The position numbers and the translations under genes were made by a program. A stretch of 64,000 nt of DNA from Octopus vulgaris (lineage: Eukaryota). The stretch covers positions 127,534,001 to 127,598,000 of the forward strand of contig OX597817.1 in assembly GCA_951406725.2 (NCBI GenBank), in the 5' to 3' direction. Below are positions 1-12,282 of the stretch, one piece after another. How positions within the stretch are numbered: the stretch's first letter is position 1; every line of letters begins with the position of its first letter. The notes beneath the pieces were generated by a model that saw only the letters and a program-made list of their open reading frames with translations, made no database searches and was not told the origin of the DNA.

Positions 1-679
1 GTATTACCACTCTGGTTGACTCATTCATAATTGGCTGGGAGATTTTGGCTCTACTTAACCCTATGGTCAACTTTCCCCGCCTTCCTCTACATTCACTTTT
101 TAAAAATTTTAAATTAGATTTTGGTTGACACGAACCATCGCTAGCATATTAGTGCTAGTAATTATCTTTATTTAAATATTATAACTCCTACAGTAAGCTG
201 TCTGTTATCTCGAGTATGCCAACGATTCTTTCGATGGAAAGTTGTTGGTTTTAGTATGAAAACTAATCTCGTGAGTTACTTAGGTTCTTAAAAATATACT
301 CTATATATTTTTAGTAAGTATATATTTTTCACTCAAGCAGCAGTAAAGTTTAGTTATTTTAAGATAACATACTGAGCTAACACTTGAAATAATACTGTTT
401 TGACCTTATTGGACAATCGATCAATTACGATGAATTTTAAAATTACAGAAACTCTTCTCAGTGGGACAGTCTATATGTCAGTCAATAAATTACTGATGTT
501 AAATTACTCAGATACGTTCACCATATGAAAAATAATAGTGTTCGCGACTATAATGTAGTAAGCATTAAAAAAAATCATAGAAATACGCGGAAAAGGAGAG
601 ATAGTTTTGGCTTAATGACTAATGCTAACGTAATCCATCCAGGTTAAATCTTTTAGTGAAATAAATTTGATGGAATAAA

Positions 680-1380
680 TATCAATGATGCTTTGTCTAA
701 AGCTGATACTACAGAAGCTACTTTATCATGTCGTTGGTACTTTATCTTCATGGTGATCAGAGTGTTCACCTTAGCCTATAGATTCGCCTGATTGAAGCAC
801 CGAAGGTTAAATTAGCCTTCGCTTACAGCAGGTTTTCACACACTGAACCTTGTCAACAGTTTCCACCTTCAGTTAGCTTCAGCCGATATGGCTACCTGAA
901 CCAGTAGCATTTTTTCAAGATTGGACAAAGCAGGAAACTTCGGCTGTCAGAGTCAACAGAGTAAACGACTGAATACCGATCTTAGCTTTGTTCAATTGGT
1001 GACAGATATCAAGTTTTTCTTCCCATTATTCTTCGCATAAAACAAAAGATGATTGAACATATTAATTAACAGTGACTTTACTCAACTCAAAGATATATTT
1101 GCGACGCCATCCAACATTATTTGAAGTGACATATATCCATTCATTCAACAGAACTTCTTTAGTGAAACAGGCTTTGCTCCTGCTTCCCCGACTGATTGTG
1201 AACAAGGTGACGCTGCTGCAGATGGCACCAAGGTGAATCCCACCCCTGAAAATTCCAGGCAACCAGATGAGACTTTAGTTGCTGCCTTGTCAACTGATGT
1301 TGTCTATCCACAACGAGCAGATGACGTTAAACCATTCACCTCCAGCAATCCTGATTCACCCAACAAGGAAGCTGCTATAT
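680..1380 (+). mobile_element. Possible highly decayed Gypsy-type LTR retrotransposon pol/integrase relic
   Basis: Broken frames give DALSKA (cf. the DALSR motif after RNase H) near 687 and a SIGDRYQVFLP segment near 990-1025 resembling integrase C-terminal regions; many stops and frameshifts. Confidence 0.2.
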
Positions 1381-2009
1381 AGTCTATTGACATACTATAA
1401 ACTGCAGCCAAATTGCCCTCAAATCGCTGTAAAAAAAAGATAAAATAAAACTCTGGATAATGTAATCCTAGATACAATATATCTGATAAAGTTAGAAAAA
1501 ATAATCATGTTTGGAATTCTTTGATCATAGTTTTACTCAATCAGTGCTGACCTGTGGTTAAACAACAGCGATAACAATGTGTTTGAGCTACTAACACAGA
1601 AAAATATTGCAGATCAAATAACCGCGATGATCAAACCATGGTTCTAATTCTGGCATGCTAAGTGCTTTCACATAAATTCATTACATGGTTCACTATATTT
1701 CAGTGCTCATTAAAAGTCATGTGATATGAGCAATGTTTGTATGCCTGAAACTTCAGGAAATTGCACTTCAGCCATATAGCAGATGTAAGCAAGTATTTCA
1801 AATATCAGAGAGTTATGTGTGCACAAAACACGCTTTTCGTTCGTGATAGTATTTCAAATTGTTTGAACATGCTGCACAATAAATGCATTTTAAATACGCA
1901 ACTATTTGAATGGACAAATGAACTGATCAATCAGAGATCACAAGTGTAGATCGTAGCTGATAGTTATTTATTTAAGATGTTTTCAGGGAGAAACTTAAAT
2001 CGAACCGGA

Positions 2010-2450
2010 CAGTTTTTATGGTTCACATAAACTCAAGATTGTTTTAAAAATGTTAAATGGGGATTGCAATAGTTTTTAATGTCTCGTTTATAGCGACTTG
2101 AGATTGTTTAAAGATATTAAATATCAGCGCAAATGTTTGTGATATATGGCTCACAGTGAATGAAGGTTATTTAAAGATATCAAATGGTGCAGCAAATGTG
2201 TACAAAGTATGGCTCAGAGCAACTCCAGGTTATTTACAGATATTAAATCACCGGTAAAGAGGATTCTAAGTCTTGCTTCAAAGCATCTCAGCGTTATTTA
2301 ACGATATTAACTGACAGTCGTAAAAACCTATTATATATGGGTCAGAACAAATCAAACATGTTCAAAGCTTTAAAAGATGGGACGTTAAGGTGTCTAATGC
2401 TAGGAACACAGCAATTTAAGGCAGTTTAAATATACTAAATGACAGTCGCG
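2010..2450. repeat. Degenerate ~64-bp-period minisatellite, 7 units
   Basis: Core like GGTTATTTAAAGATATTAAAT recurs at about 2037, 2102, 2165, 2228, 2292, 2356 and 2420 (spacing 63-65 bp). Confidence 0.75.
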
Positions 2451-2693
2451 AATATTGGTGGTTTAGCAGAATTGATAGAATTACTTACAATATATCTTGT
2501 GATATTTAGTAACGGCCGTTTACGTTCGAAGCTCAGCTAACGCTGGAGTTAACACTGACTTCGAGTATTCTAAGTCAACGAAAAAAGGGGTGCCATTCAA
2601 ATATTAGGATCAACGTAATCAACTATACGCTTGCTCCAAAACATCTGCAACCTTGAACCTATTTTAGAAATGATTATTAATACGTTGAATCCG

Positions 2694-2753
<60 letters not shown>

Positions 2754-2755
<2 letters not shown>

Positions 2756-2958
2756 GGCAGCGAGCTGGCAGAATCGTTAGTACGCCGGGCGCAATGCTTA
2801 GAGGTATTTCGTCTACCGCTACGTTCTGAGTTCAAATTCCACCGAGGTCGACTTTGCCTTTCATCCTTTTTGGATCGATTAAATAAGTACCAGTTATACA
2901 CTGGGGTCGATGTAATTGACTTAATCCCTTCCCCCAAATTTGAGGCCTTGTGCTTATT

Positions 2959-2960
<2 letters not shown>
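2754..2960 (+). mobile_element. tRNA-derived SINE, family A (Nin/Deu-like central domain), embedded in (ATT)n
   Basis: A-box-like TGGCAGAATCG, B-box GAGTTCAAATTCC, central GACTTTGCCTTTCATCCTTT..GATTAAATAAGTACCAG; (ATT)n on both sides; many homologous copies in the window. Confidence 0.85.
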
Positions 2961-3023
<63 letters not shown>

Positions 3024-3024
3024 A

Positions 3025-3735
3025 GCAGAAGGGTAGAAAGCGGGCATAATCGTTAAAGTGTTGGACATGATAGCATGCAGCATTTCTTCCGGTTCTTTAT
3101 TTCCTTGTTTCAAATCACGCTACGGTCAACTTTGCCCTTCAGTTCGGGATCAGTGAAATAAAGTACCAGTTAAGTATTGGGTTCCATAGCATCGACTAAA
3201 ACCTCCAGTTAAAATTGCTCAGAACGTAAAGAGGAATGAAATATCGCAAATGTTTTGCCCGTGGCCCTAACAATTCTGCTAGCTCATTGCCTTAAAATTG
3301 CTGCATAATTAAACCCAAGGCCATTAATGTTTGCGAAAAGAGTTAGTCGATTGCTTCGACTACAGTCCTTGACTGGTACTTTATTTTATTGACCTTGACA
3401 CGATGAAAAGCAATGCCGACCTGGGTGGTATTTGAATTTAAATTGTCAATTGTCTGTACAAATGTTGAAAATCGTTTTGCCAATGCTATGAACTTCTACT
3501 AGCCTGCCACCTTAGTAATATTCCTTTCTACAAGGTCTGAAATTTTGCGAGAGGGGGATAGATGATTACAGTGACCACCCCAGCTTTCAATTGGTATTTA
3601 TATTATCGACCCCAAAAGGATTGGTATGACGAAGTAGACATCGGCGGAATTTGAACTCAAAACGTAAGGCTGATGCTGCTAAGTATGTTCTTTTTTCTCC
3701 GGCGTGCTAACGATTCTGACATTTCGCTGTCTTCG

Positions 3736-3779
<44 letters not shown>

Positions 3780-3900
3780 ACGCTAATAACAATAAAAAAC
3801 ATAATTTCTAAGGTAGGCACAAGGCTTCCGGACATGGGTGTGGAGAAGTCCAGCAAATCAAACCCAGCACTTGATTGGTGCTTATTTTATCGGCCTCGGT
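3025..3900. mobile_element. Cluster of decayed family A SINE copies in both orientations, with an (AGT)n tract
   Basis: Repeated GGTACTTATTTTATCGACCCC / GGCGGAATTTGAACTC motifs (minus copies) and a plus copy at about 3025-3215. Confidence 0.7.
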
Positions 3901-4660
3901 AAGATAAAAATGTACAGTCTTGTTCCTGCAATAACTCCTGTCTTTATTATTCACGGTTCGGCAAGTACATCAAGGGATCTTTTCATTTTAGTTCATTTCA
4001 ACAAAACGTTGTAGTAATTTTATATAACTATATCGATAATTACAGTATCATTGTCAATTTTTTTTTTCTCATGGCACATGATCAAAGCATATTATGTGCT
4101 ATTGGTGGTCTTTTGTCTACTAAAGTTCTATGGAATATTCACATTTTCTTTGACGAAATTATTGTCCATGTAAAGGCATGCTTTTACGTGGACAATAATT
4201 TTGCAATTGATGAACTAAGTACAGTCTCACTGTGTTCGTTTTTTAGCTATCGTTTCAGGCTTCAATCTTTTTCTTATCGAATCTCATGTACGCAATATTG
4301 TAACTGCAGATAAAAATCAATTTGCTTCGGAATTAACAAGATCACATGCCAGGTCTTTGTGTTAGATGGGAACGTAGTCTTGTCGGCAACATTAATAACT
4401 GCCAACTTGAACTTCTTCATAATACTAATTAGTATCCTAATACATTTTCTTCGACGGATAAACAGTCAAAAAGTATGTAACTTAGTACGAGGTGCATGGT
4501 GTTCATTTCCACCTACCCACAGATGTTTTCTAGAATTATTATCTATAGACTCTAGATCTTTGGTAATCCACTCCTATACTACAGACAAATACCATAGCTG
4601 GCATTGGGTTAATAGAACAGATCTATTTTCTTGACATTGAAATGATATATTTGCATTCCG

Positions 4661-5337
4661 TAAGGCGGCGAGTTGGCAGAATCATTAGCACGCCGGGGAA
4701 ACTGATTAGCGGCACATTGTCCTTGTTTACGTTCTGAGTTCGAAATTCCGCCGAGGGCAATTTTGCCTTCGATTTTTTCAGGGTCGATAAAATAAGTATC
4801 AGCTGAGCACCGGAATCGATGTTACTGTTTTACCCACTATCCTGAAATTGCTGGCTTGGTGCTAAAATTTGAAATCAATATTTTCAATGTGTCTGAATTC
4901 TCATGGCTTTTTGTTGTTTTTCATTCTCAATTTTTATTTCATATACGCCCCACTGTTTGCTCAGCTTTTGTATTACTTACCCTTCCTTGAATTCCAAATT
5001 GCTCTATTGTCACGTTCTTGAGTTTTTTCAGAACATCTTAATGTCTTTGATGAACTTCGTTGTGTGTGTGTGTGTGTGTGTTAGCATCAATATTATTGTT
5101 CTTGCTGTTGGAGCAATGGTTTCAAAGATTTGTGAACACGACCAGCAATTTCATGGCAAGGTGTAAGTCAGATACATCGATTCGATTGTTCAACTGGTAC
5201 TTATTTTATCGACCCCGAAAGGATGAAAAAAACAAATTCGACTTCGGCAGCATCTGAACTCAGAACGAAAAGCCGGAAGAGAAGCTGCTAAGTATTTTCC
5301 CGGCGTTACTAACGTTTCTGCCATTTCGCTGTCTTAG
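4661..5337. mobile_element. Two family A SINEs in inverted orientation (4661-4875 plus; about 5165-5337 minus)
   Basis: AAGGCGGCGAGTTGGCAGAATC head at 4662; reverse-complement head ending near 5337. Confidence 0.75.
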
Positions 5338-5440
5338 CAATAACGATGACAACAAAAACAAGAACAACAAGAACAAGCAGAAGACGAAGAAGAAGAAGAA
5401 GAAGAAGAAGAAGAAGAAGAAGAAGAAGAAGAAGAAGAAA

Positions 5441-7445
5441 AGGGATGCTGCTAGGGTTCATACAGCTGTAAAGATCAGCTAATGATCAATAAAGCCATAA
5501 CTGAAGACAGCCGCAGAAAGAAGAAGGGTCTAAGTATGACCTGGATCGATAACCGAGAGGCTTTTGATAATATTCTCCACACATGGATCTTAGAAACACT
5601 AGCCATGAACAAGGTAGCACCAATAATCATAGAATATATAAAACATTCCATGAATAAATGGCAGACAGTGCACGGCTCCAGACAAAAGAGTCACTTATAA
5701 AATCCAAAGCCATCCCCATTAGAAGAGGAATATTCCAAAGAGACACAATCTCTCTACTCCTTTTCTACTTGGCACTGACACCTTTGTCTTGAATGCTAAA
5801 CAGATATGGATACAACTGTTACGGCAAAACAATCAGCCAACTCTTATATATGGATGATCTAAAACTGTACGCTACAAATGATAAACAGCTGGAAACATTA
5901 CTACAGACAGTATATGGATTTACCAAAGAAATAAACATGAAATTTGGCTTAGAAAAATATGCCAAAGCAACCTTTGAAAGAGGAAAACCAAAGTAGCAAC
6001 ATCACACTAGATGAAGCAAATGAAATAACTGAATTAGATAAAGGCCAGACATACAAATGCTAAGGAATCAATGAACTAGATACGATACAACACACACAAA
6101 TGGAAGAAAATATAAGAAAAGAATACTATAGACGAGTTAGAAAACAGAGCTCAATGTGAAAAACAAAATAATAGGTATCAACACTCTAGCCGTCCCAGTT
6201 ATATGTTGCAGCTACAATATGCTTAACTGAACTCTAAATTAACTAATCAAAATAGACAGGAAAACAAGAAAAATAATGACAGGATTTAGGATGCCCCATC
6301 CAAAATCTGACATAGAAAGGTTATATTGAAAGTTTTATACAGCTCGGAAACTATTACAAAATAACCGTCATAAGACTACAGAAGTACCTTCTTACGAAGC
6401 AAGGAAGACTAATACAAATATCCACAGGACATGAATAAAACAGAAAACTGTTTTCACTTTTTAAGGAAGCTGACAAATACAAAAAAGGAGTCATAGTACC
6501 TAACAACAATGAAGAACAAGAAGAAACGAAAAAAGCTGTAAACAACTGAAATCTGGACTAAAACTGGAACAGCAACAGATCATAAAACAATGGCAAGAAA
6601 AGCCCCTTCATGGCAAATACTGAGTTAAACTAAACAGAATAGAAATAGACCATGCAAAATCCCACCAATGGCTGAGAGGCTCAGGACTCAAAACAGAGAC
6701 CGAGGGATATTTAATTGCAGCACAAGACCAAAGCCTCTCCACCAGAAATTACCAAAAGCATGTAATGAAAATAAATGCAACAAATAACTGCAGAATATGT
6801 AGAGATGGACAAGAAACAATATTGTATCTGGCTGCCTAGTCCTGGCTAAGAAGAAATATATTCTCAGACACGACAGAGTTGGGACCTACATTCACTGGAA
6901 GCTATGCCAACACTGTGGAATAACAAAAGAAAGAAGATGATATAGGCACACGCCACAAAAGGGTTACTGAAAATGAGAAAGTAACCATACTATGCCATAT
7001 ACCAATACACACAGACAGAGAAATTAAGGCCAGTAGGCCAGATATAATTGTCAGTAGTCATCAAGTAAAAGAATGCTTTCTAATCGCTGTATCAATAGCA
7101 ACAGTTGACAATGTTTCTCTAAAAGAAATGGAGAAGCTCTCAAAATACAAGGACCTGGAAATAGATGTAATTCGAATGTGGAGTCTAAAATCAGAAACAA
7201 TTCCTATCTTAGTAGACGCATGAGGTATGTTAAAAAATAATCAGACAAATACATAACAAAAAACCTGGACTGACAAGACTAAAATACAGAAAATAGCGCT
7301 ATTAGGCGCCGCACATATCCTACGTAAAACACTTTCAATACAGTAAAAAATAAGAGCATCACAACGAACCACAGCACATACCCAAGGCACACAGAGCTGT
7401 GCTCGTTAGTACAGTGAAAGCACGTGATAAAAAATAGACTACTGA
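5441..7445 (+). mobile_element. 5'-truncated, decayed R4/Dong-like non-LTR retrotransposon (RT plus restriction-like endonuclease)
   Basis: Frames with WIDNREAFDNILHTWI, GIFQRD, LLYMDDLKLY, IAAQDQSL, CRIC, RHD and RPDII motifs, interrupted by stops and frameshifts; starts after (GAA)n and ends in (AAT)n. Confidence 0.9.
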
Positions 7446-7454
7446 ATAATAATG

Positions 7455-7540
<86 letters not shown>

Positions 7541-7567
7541 TACTATTATTATTATTATTATTATTAT

Positions 7568-7602
<35 letters not shown>

Positions 7603-7603
7603 T

Positions 7604-7640
<37 letters not shown>

Positions 7641-7655
7641 GCTATTATTATTATC
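7445..7655. repeat. Compound trinucleotide microsatellite (AAT)n-(ATT)n-(AGT)n-(ACT)n-(ATT)n
   Basis: Read directly from sequence. Confidence 0.95.
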
Positions 7656-7869
7656 ATTTATTTATCAGTTATCTATTTATCTATTGCCCACATGAGCTAA
7701 ACATAGAGGGGACAAACAAGGACATACAAAGACATTAAGTCGATTACATCGACTCTAGTGCGCACCTGGTACTTATTTAATCGATCCCGAAAGGATGAAC
7801 GGTAAAGTCGACCTCGGCGGAATTTGAACTCAGAAGGTAACGGCAGACGAGATACCGCTAAGCGTAATA

Positions 7870-10218
7870 ATCCCCATGAATATGAGACGGGTAGATAGGA
7901 GTATGATAAATAAAGTAACACAAAAGAGAAATACTGTCATACCATACATCCTGATGGAGGGTACAACACAAACAAAGTATCTTCTCCGAGTCATTGCGCT
8001 GCTTGTTGAGGAAAATTACGACAAAAAATGGTGGAGCAAATGAACCATGGTGGAAATGACGCATTGAAAAGGACATAATGCGGATAAGGCAAGATTTAGA
8101 AAAATATAGTTAAGAGAAAACTAGAAAAATGAGAAAAAGACCGACCGAGAAAAATTAGAAAAGAAATATAAAATATGGAAGAACGGGTTTGATGCAGTAA
8201 CAGAGCAGTTAAAACAGAGGATCATGGCAAACAGTTCGAGGAGAACAGATTGCTAAAAAAGTAACTCGAAGCAATTCTTCCGAACGTCAGAAGGAGACAA
8301 TGGGGAAAATGTTGCTCGTGATGCAAATCAAGCCAAGGAGTTCTGGAGCGGATTATGGGGAAACAATATGGTGCATAAAAGGGATGCAATGTGGATAGGG
8401 ACTATCAAGACAGAATTACAAGGAGGAAAGAAACAAAGGAATGTTGTCATAAGCACGGGTGATGTGAAAGAACAAGTGGGTAAAATACCTTACTGGAAAG
8501 CGCCGGACCAGATGGGATTCATGGCTTCTGGCTGAAGAGATGCCACGCGGTGCATGAAAGACTAACAGCTCAATTAAATGAGTGTGTCCAGAAAGGTACA
8601 GCCCCCGCATGGATGGTGACTGGGAGGACAACACTTGTAATGAAAGATAGAAGAAAGGGGAATATTGATAGAAACTACCGTTCCATAGCATGTCTAAAAA
8701 TAATCTGGAAGATACTCACAGGAATATGTGCTGCAAAGACATACACTTTCTTGGCACAGGAAAAAATTCTACCAAGGGAACAAAAAGTATGTAGGAAGAG
8801 TTCTTAGAGTATCAAGGGTCACCTGGTCATCGATAAAAAAGTTTTGAGGCATTGTAAAAAGTGTAACAGGATTAGGTTCGGTAACACTGGAGGGGTATCC
8901 GATCTGATCGCTTCACATACAATTTAGGTAGAATAACAGAGACAAAGTCAGGCGGTCTATGATCACAGTAAATGGTGGTTTATTCTCGGTTACAAGCAAA
9001 AACTAGTGCACGTTTTCTCTAGTGGGAAACCGACAGCCGAATCCGCAGGACTGATTGCTATGCTATCTTGTTGCGAGTCAAACGATTTGTCCGGTTCGCT
9101 CCCGCTTCGTTGGTGTGAGGTTCTCAGAGTGGAAGTCAAGACACGTCCGACCGCGAACACCGCTTAAGCCAGAAAGGATGAGTTAGCGATCCGCGTTTCA
9201 GGTTTCAGTTCCTGCACATGCGCATGAAGGAAACTTCCGGTGGCCAACCGGAAGTAATCCAATTCTGCGCATGTGCGCTGAACCTTACACAGTAGCGTCA
9301 CTACAAAAGCATCATACAAACTTGTCTATGGCTTGGATTGACTTTAAGAAGACATATAATATGATACCTCATTCGTGGATCGTTGAATGCCTGCAGATGT
9401 TTAGTGTTGCTGACAACATTACACATTTTCTGATGCATAGAATGAAAGAGTGGAAAACCAAATTGTACGCAAGAAATGTATTCCTTGGAGAAGTTGATAT
9501 TAAAAGGGGAATCTTCCAAGGTGACTCGCTTGTTCCTTTACATTTAGTAATTTCACTAATGCCCATAACAATGACACTTAGGAAAGTTAACATAGGCTAC
9601 CGATGTGGGAAGAAAGGCCCATCATTGAACTATCTTCTGTTTATGGATGACCTGAAATTGTTTGGGAAATCTGAAAAACAGGGGAATCTTCCAAGGTGAC
9701 TCGCTTGTTCCTTGTAAGAACATAGGTATAGAACTTGGGTTTAACAAATGCACAGTACTTAACATGAAAAGATGGAAGAAAGCAGGCTGCAGAAGATTGC
9801 GGTTACGATCAGAAGAGACAATGGGTGAACCCGACGGTAGGAGGTATAGATATTTAGGGATTTTGGAGGTGGATGACATTCTCCACAGAGAAATGAAAGT
9901 CAAGGTCAGTGAGGCGTATCAAAAAAAGGGTGCAGATAGTGTTGAGATGCAACCTAAATGCCAAACATTTGATTACCGCAATGAACATCTGGGCAGTGGC
10001 GGTGGTCATATATAGTGTGTCCATCCTCAAATGGATTAAGGAAGAAATATCAACACTGGATAAAAGGACGTGAAAGTTGATGACGCTGTATGGGCTGCTA
10101 CATACTAAAGCAAACGTAAACAGACTGTATATGAAAAGAATGGTGACAGAGGGCTAATTAGTATAGACCACTGTATAAAGAGTGGAAGGAGAACGCTTGC
10201 CGAGTATTTTATAAATAG
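7870..10218 (+). mobile_element. Decayed R4/Dong-like LINE RT region, interrupted by a solo LTR
   Basis: WKAPD, NYRSIACL, LSMAWIDFKKTYNMIPHSWI, GIFQGDSL, LLFMDDLKLF and YRYLGILE motifs in broken frames; ends at the (GATA)n tract. Confidence 0.9.
8862..9305 (-). mobile_element. Solo LTR (444 bp), probably Gypsy-type
   Basis: TGTA...TACA termini; 4-bp target-site duplication AAAG (8858-8861 and 9306-9309); splits the LINE codons for HCKK|HHTN; AATAAA on the minus strand at about 8979-8984. Confidence 0.85.
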
Positions 10219-10219
10219 T

Positions 10220-10303
<84 letters not shown>
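10219..10303. repeat. (GATA)n microsatellite
   Basis: Read directly from sequence. Confidence 0.95.
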
Positions 10304-10304
<1 letters not shown>

Positions 10305-11137
10305 GCTCACATATGTTAATATGTGAGCGTCTGTGAAATAGAAGTATGCTGAGTGTACTTTATACGAAAGGCAAAAGGAATTATAGCAAAATAAGAACAC
10401 GAAATAGCAAATATTTTACACAATGGAAACGTGTCTGACAACATACTCACGCGCAAACAGACACACACCTTTGTGTATATATGTTCACATACACATTCAT
10501 CCACACACATGCATATGAATATAAATGCATACGTTTATATGTATATATGTATGTATATCATATCACTGAAATCGCGTATTCGTGTTGATTGTTTCATGTT
10601 TTTATTGATAAAATAGTGAAAATAGTGATTTATGTTGAGACATGAAAATAAAAGCGTAAAACTAGACAATATGCTAGATTTCCGTCACCATAACATTTGG
10701 CATTGCTTACCATAAACAACGAATTCAATCGTGTGTAGCCATATTTGGGTTTGGAATGATTTTCTGCTAGATTACAACCGAATGCTACACATCAACTAAA
10801 ATGTTATATTTGAAGGTTAAAACGAAAGTAAAATGATATATAAATCAAGGTATAAACAAATATTACACAAACATACGCGCACAGGCACACAAAAGAGCGC
10901 ACATATACACAAGACAGCCACACACTCGCGCGTACGCACGCACTAACGCGCGCGTGCGCGCACACACATGCACACACACACATACACACACAAAGAGAAC
11001 AATCCTGCTAAAAAGAAAATGTAAAAGTCGATAAATAAAACGAAAATCAAAAGCATCTGTGATCTTATTTCAGGGAACTTTTCTGCTTAAATTTTGGAGT
11101 TCTTCTGAAGAATGATTTTCTTTAAGATTTTAATAAT

Positions 11138-11194
<57 letters not shown>

Positions 11195-11195
<1 letters not shown>

Positions 11196-11567
11196 TTCCA
11201 AATTCTGCAACAAAGGCAGCCATTTTGAGGGGGAGAGGATGTGTCGATTACATAGACCTTAGTGCTCAACTGGTACTTAATTTATCGACACTGAAAGGAT
11301 GAAAGAAAAAGTAGGCCTCGGCGGAATTTGAACTCCGGGCGTAATTATAATAATGATATCAAATTTTTACCGGAAGGGCCGCTTGGAGGAGGAGATTAAG
11401 TCGATTACATCCACCTCTGTATTCAACTGCTATTTATTTTATCGACCCCCGAAAGGATAAAAGTTAAATTCGACCTCGGTGGAATCTGAACTGAGAATGC
11501 AGTGACGTGCGAAATACCGCTAAGCATTTCGTCCAAGTCGCTAACAATTTTGCCAGCTCTTCGCCTT
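11195..11567 (-). mobile_element. Two tandem family A SINE copies between (AAT)n tracts
   Basis: Reverse-complement Nin-like domain and B-box seen twice. Confidence 0.75.
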
Positions 11568-11663
11568 AATAATAATAATACGAATATTAATGCTACTACT
11601 ACTACTACTACTACTACTAATAATAATAATAATAATAATAGTAATAATAATAATAATAATAAT

Positions 11664-11713
<50 letters not shown>

Positions 11714-11715
<2 letters not shown>

Positions 11716-12237
11716 GGCTTCTGATCTTAACTGATTGGAAGTGTTATCATGTACATTGTTTTGTCTTGGTATAAAAGATGGGCTACAGCAAATATTCTGC
11801 TCAATACCACAGATTTGCTTGTCAGTTGTTTGACCTTAACCAGTTGAGCATGTCCCTTAGTGGCTGACGATATGCGCATCTCTGATCACGAGCAGAAGTA
11901 GTGGGGGAGCATCATAGCCATGTGTTGAGAGGGATTCTTTGGGGTTTGAATAATTCACTTCTGGAAACATGGGTGGTTTTTTCAACATCCTTAAACAACC
12001 CTTATTCAGGGACTGTTTGAGCGGGATGGGCTACTCAACCTGAAGAAAATTCTAACTGGGCCCCACCTGTAAGGTCATGTGCTGTTTATCTTGATATGAG
12101 ATCACCATGTCGCGCACATGTGGTTGTGATGCATGTGCCTGGTGTACCCTTATCAGACGGGTAGTCATGATGGGTATACTGGGCTTCGTATATTTTACGC
12201 CAGTGTCACTTTGATGGCATGCTCTGCTCGCTCACTC

Positions 12238-12240
<3 letters not shown>
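11714..12240 (+). mobile_element. Non-coding interspersed element bounded by (AAT)n, probably the 3' region of an (AAT)n-targeting LINE or a derivative
   Basis: Higher-GC, non-coding block inserted between two (AAT)n tracts, ending CACTC-(AAT)n. Confidence 0.45.

Positions 12241-12280
<40 letters not shown>

Positions 12281-12282
<2 letters not shown>

Noticed and set aside
2010-2450. CRISPR-like repeat-spacer appearance
   Set aside because: Repeats are far too degenerate, the context is eukaryotic and there are no cas genes; treated as a minisatellite
3900-4650. Coding-like decayed sequence and short ORFs at 4071 and 4359
   Set aside because: No motif I can assign with confidence
7439-7700. 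Poly-Ile/Ser/Thr ORFs, and similar ORFs at 2832, 11502, 16073-16641, 19175, 22377 and 61742-62311
   Set aside because: Translations of microsatellites or SINEs
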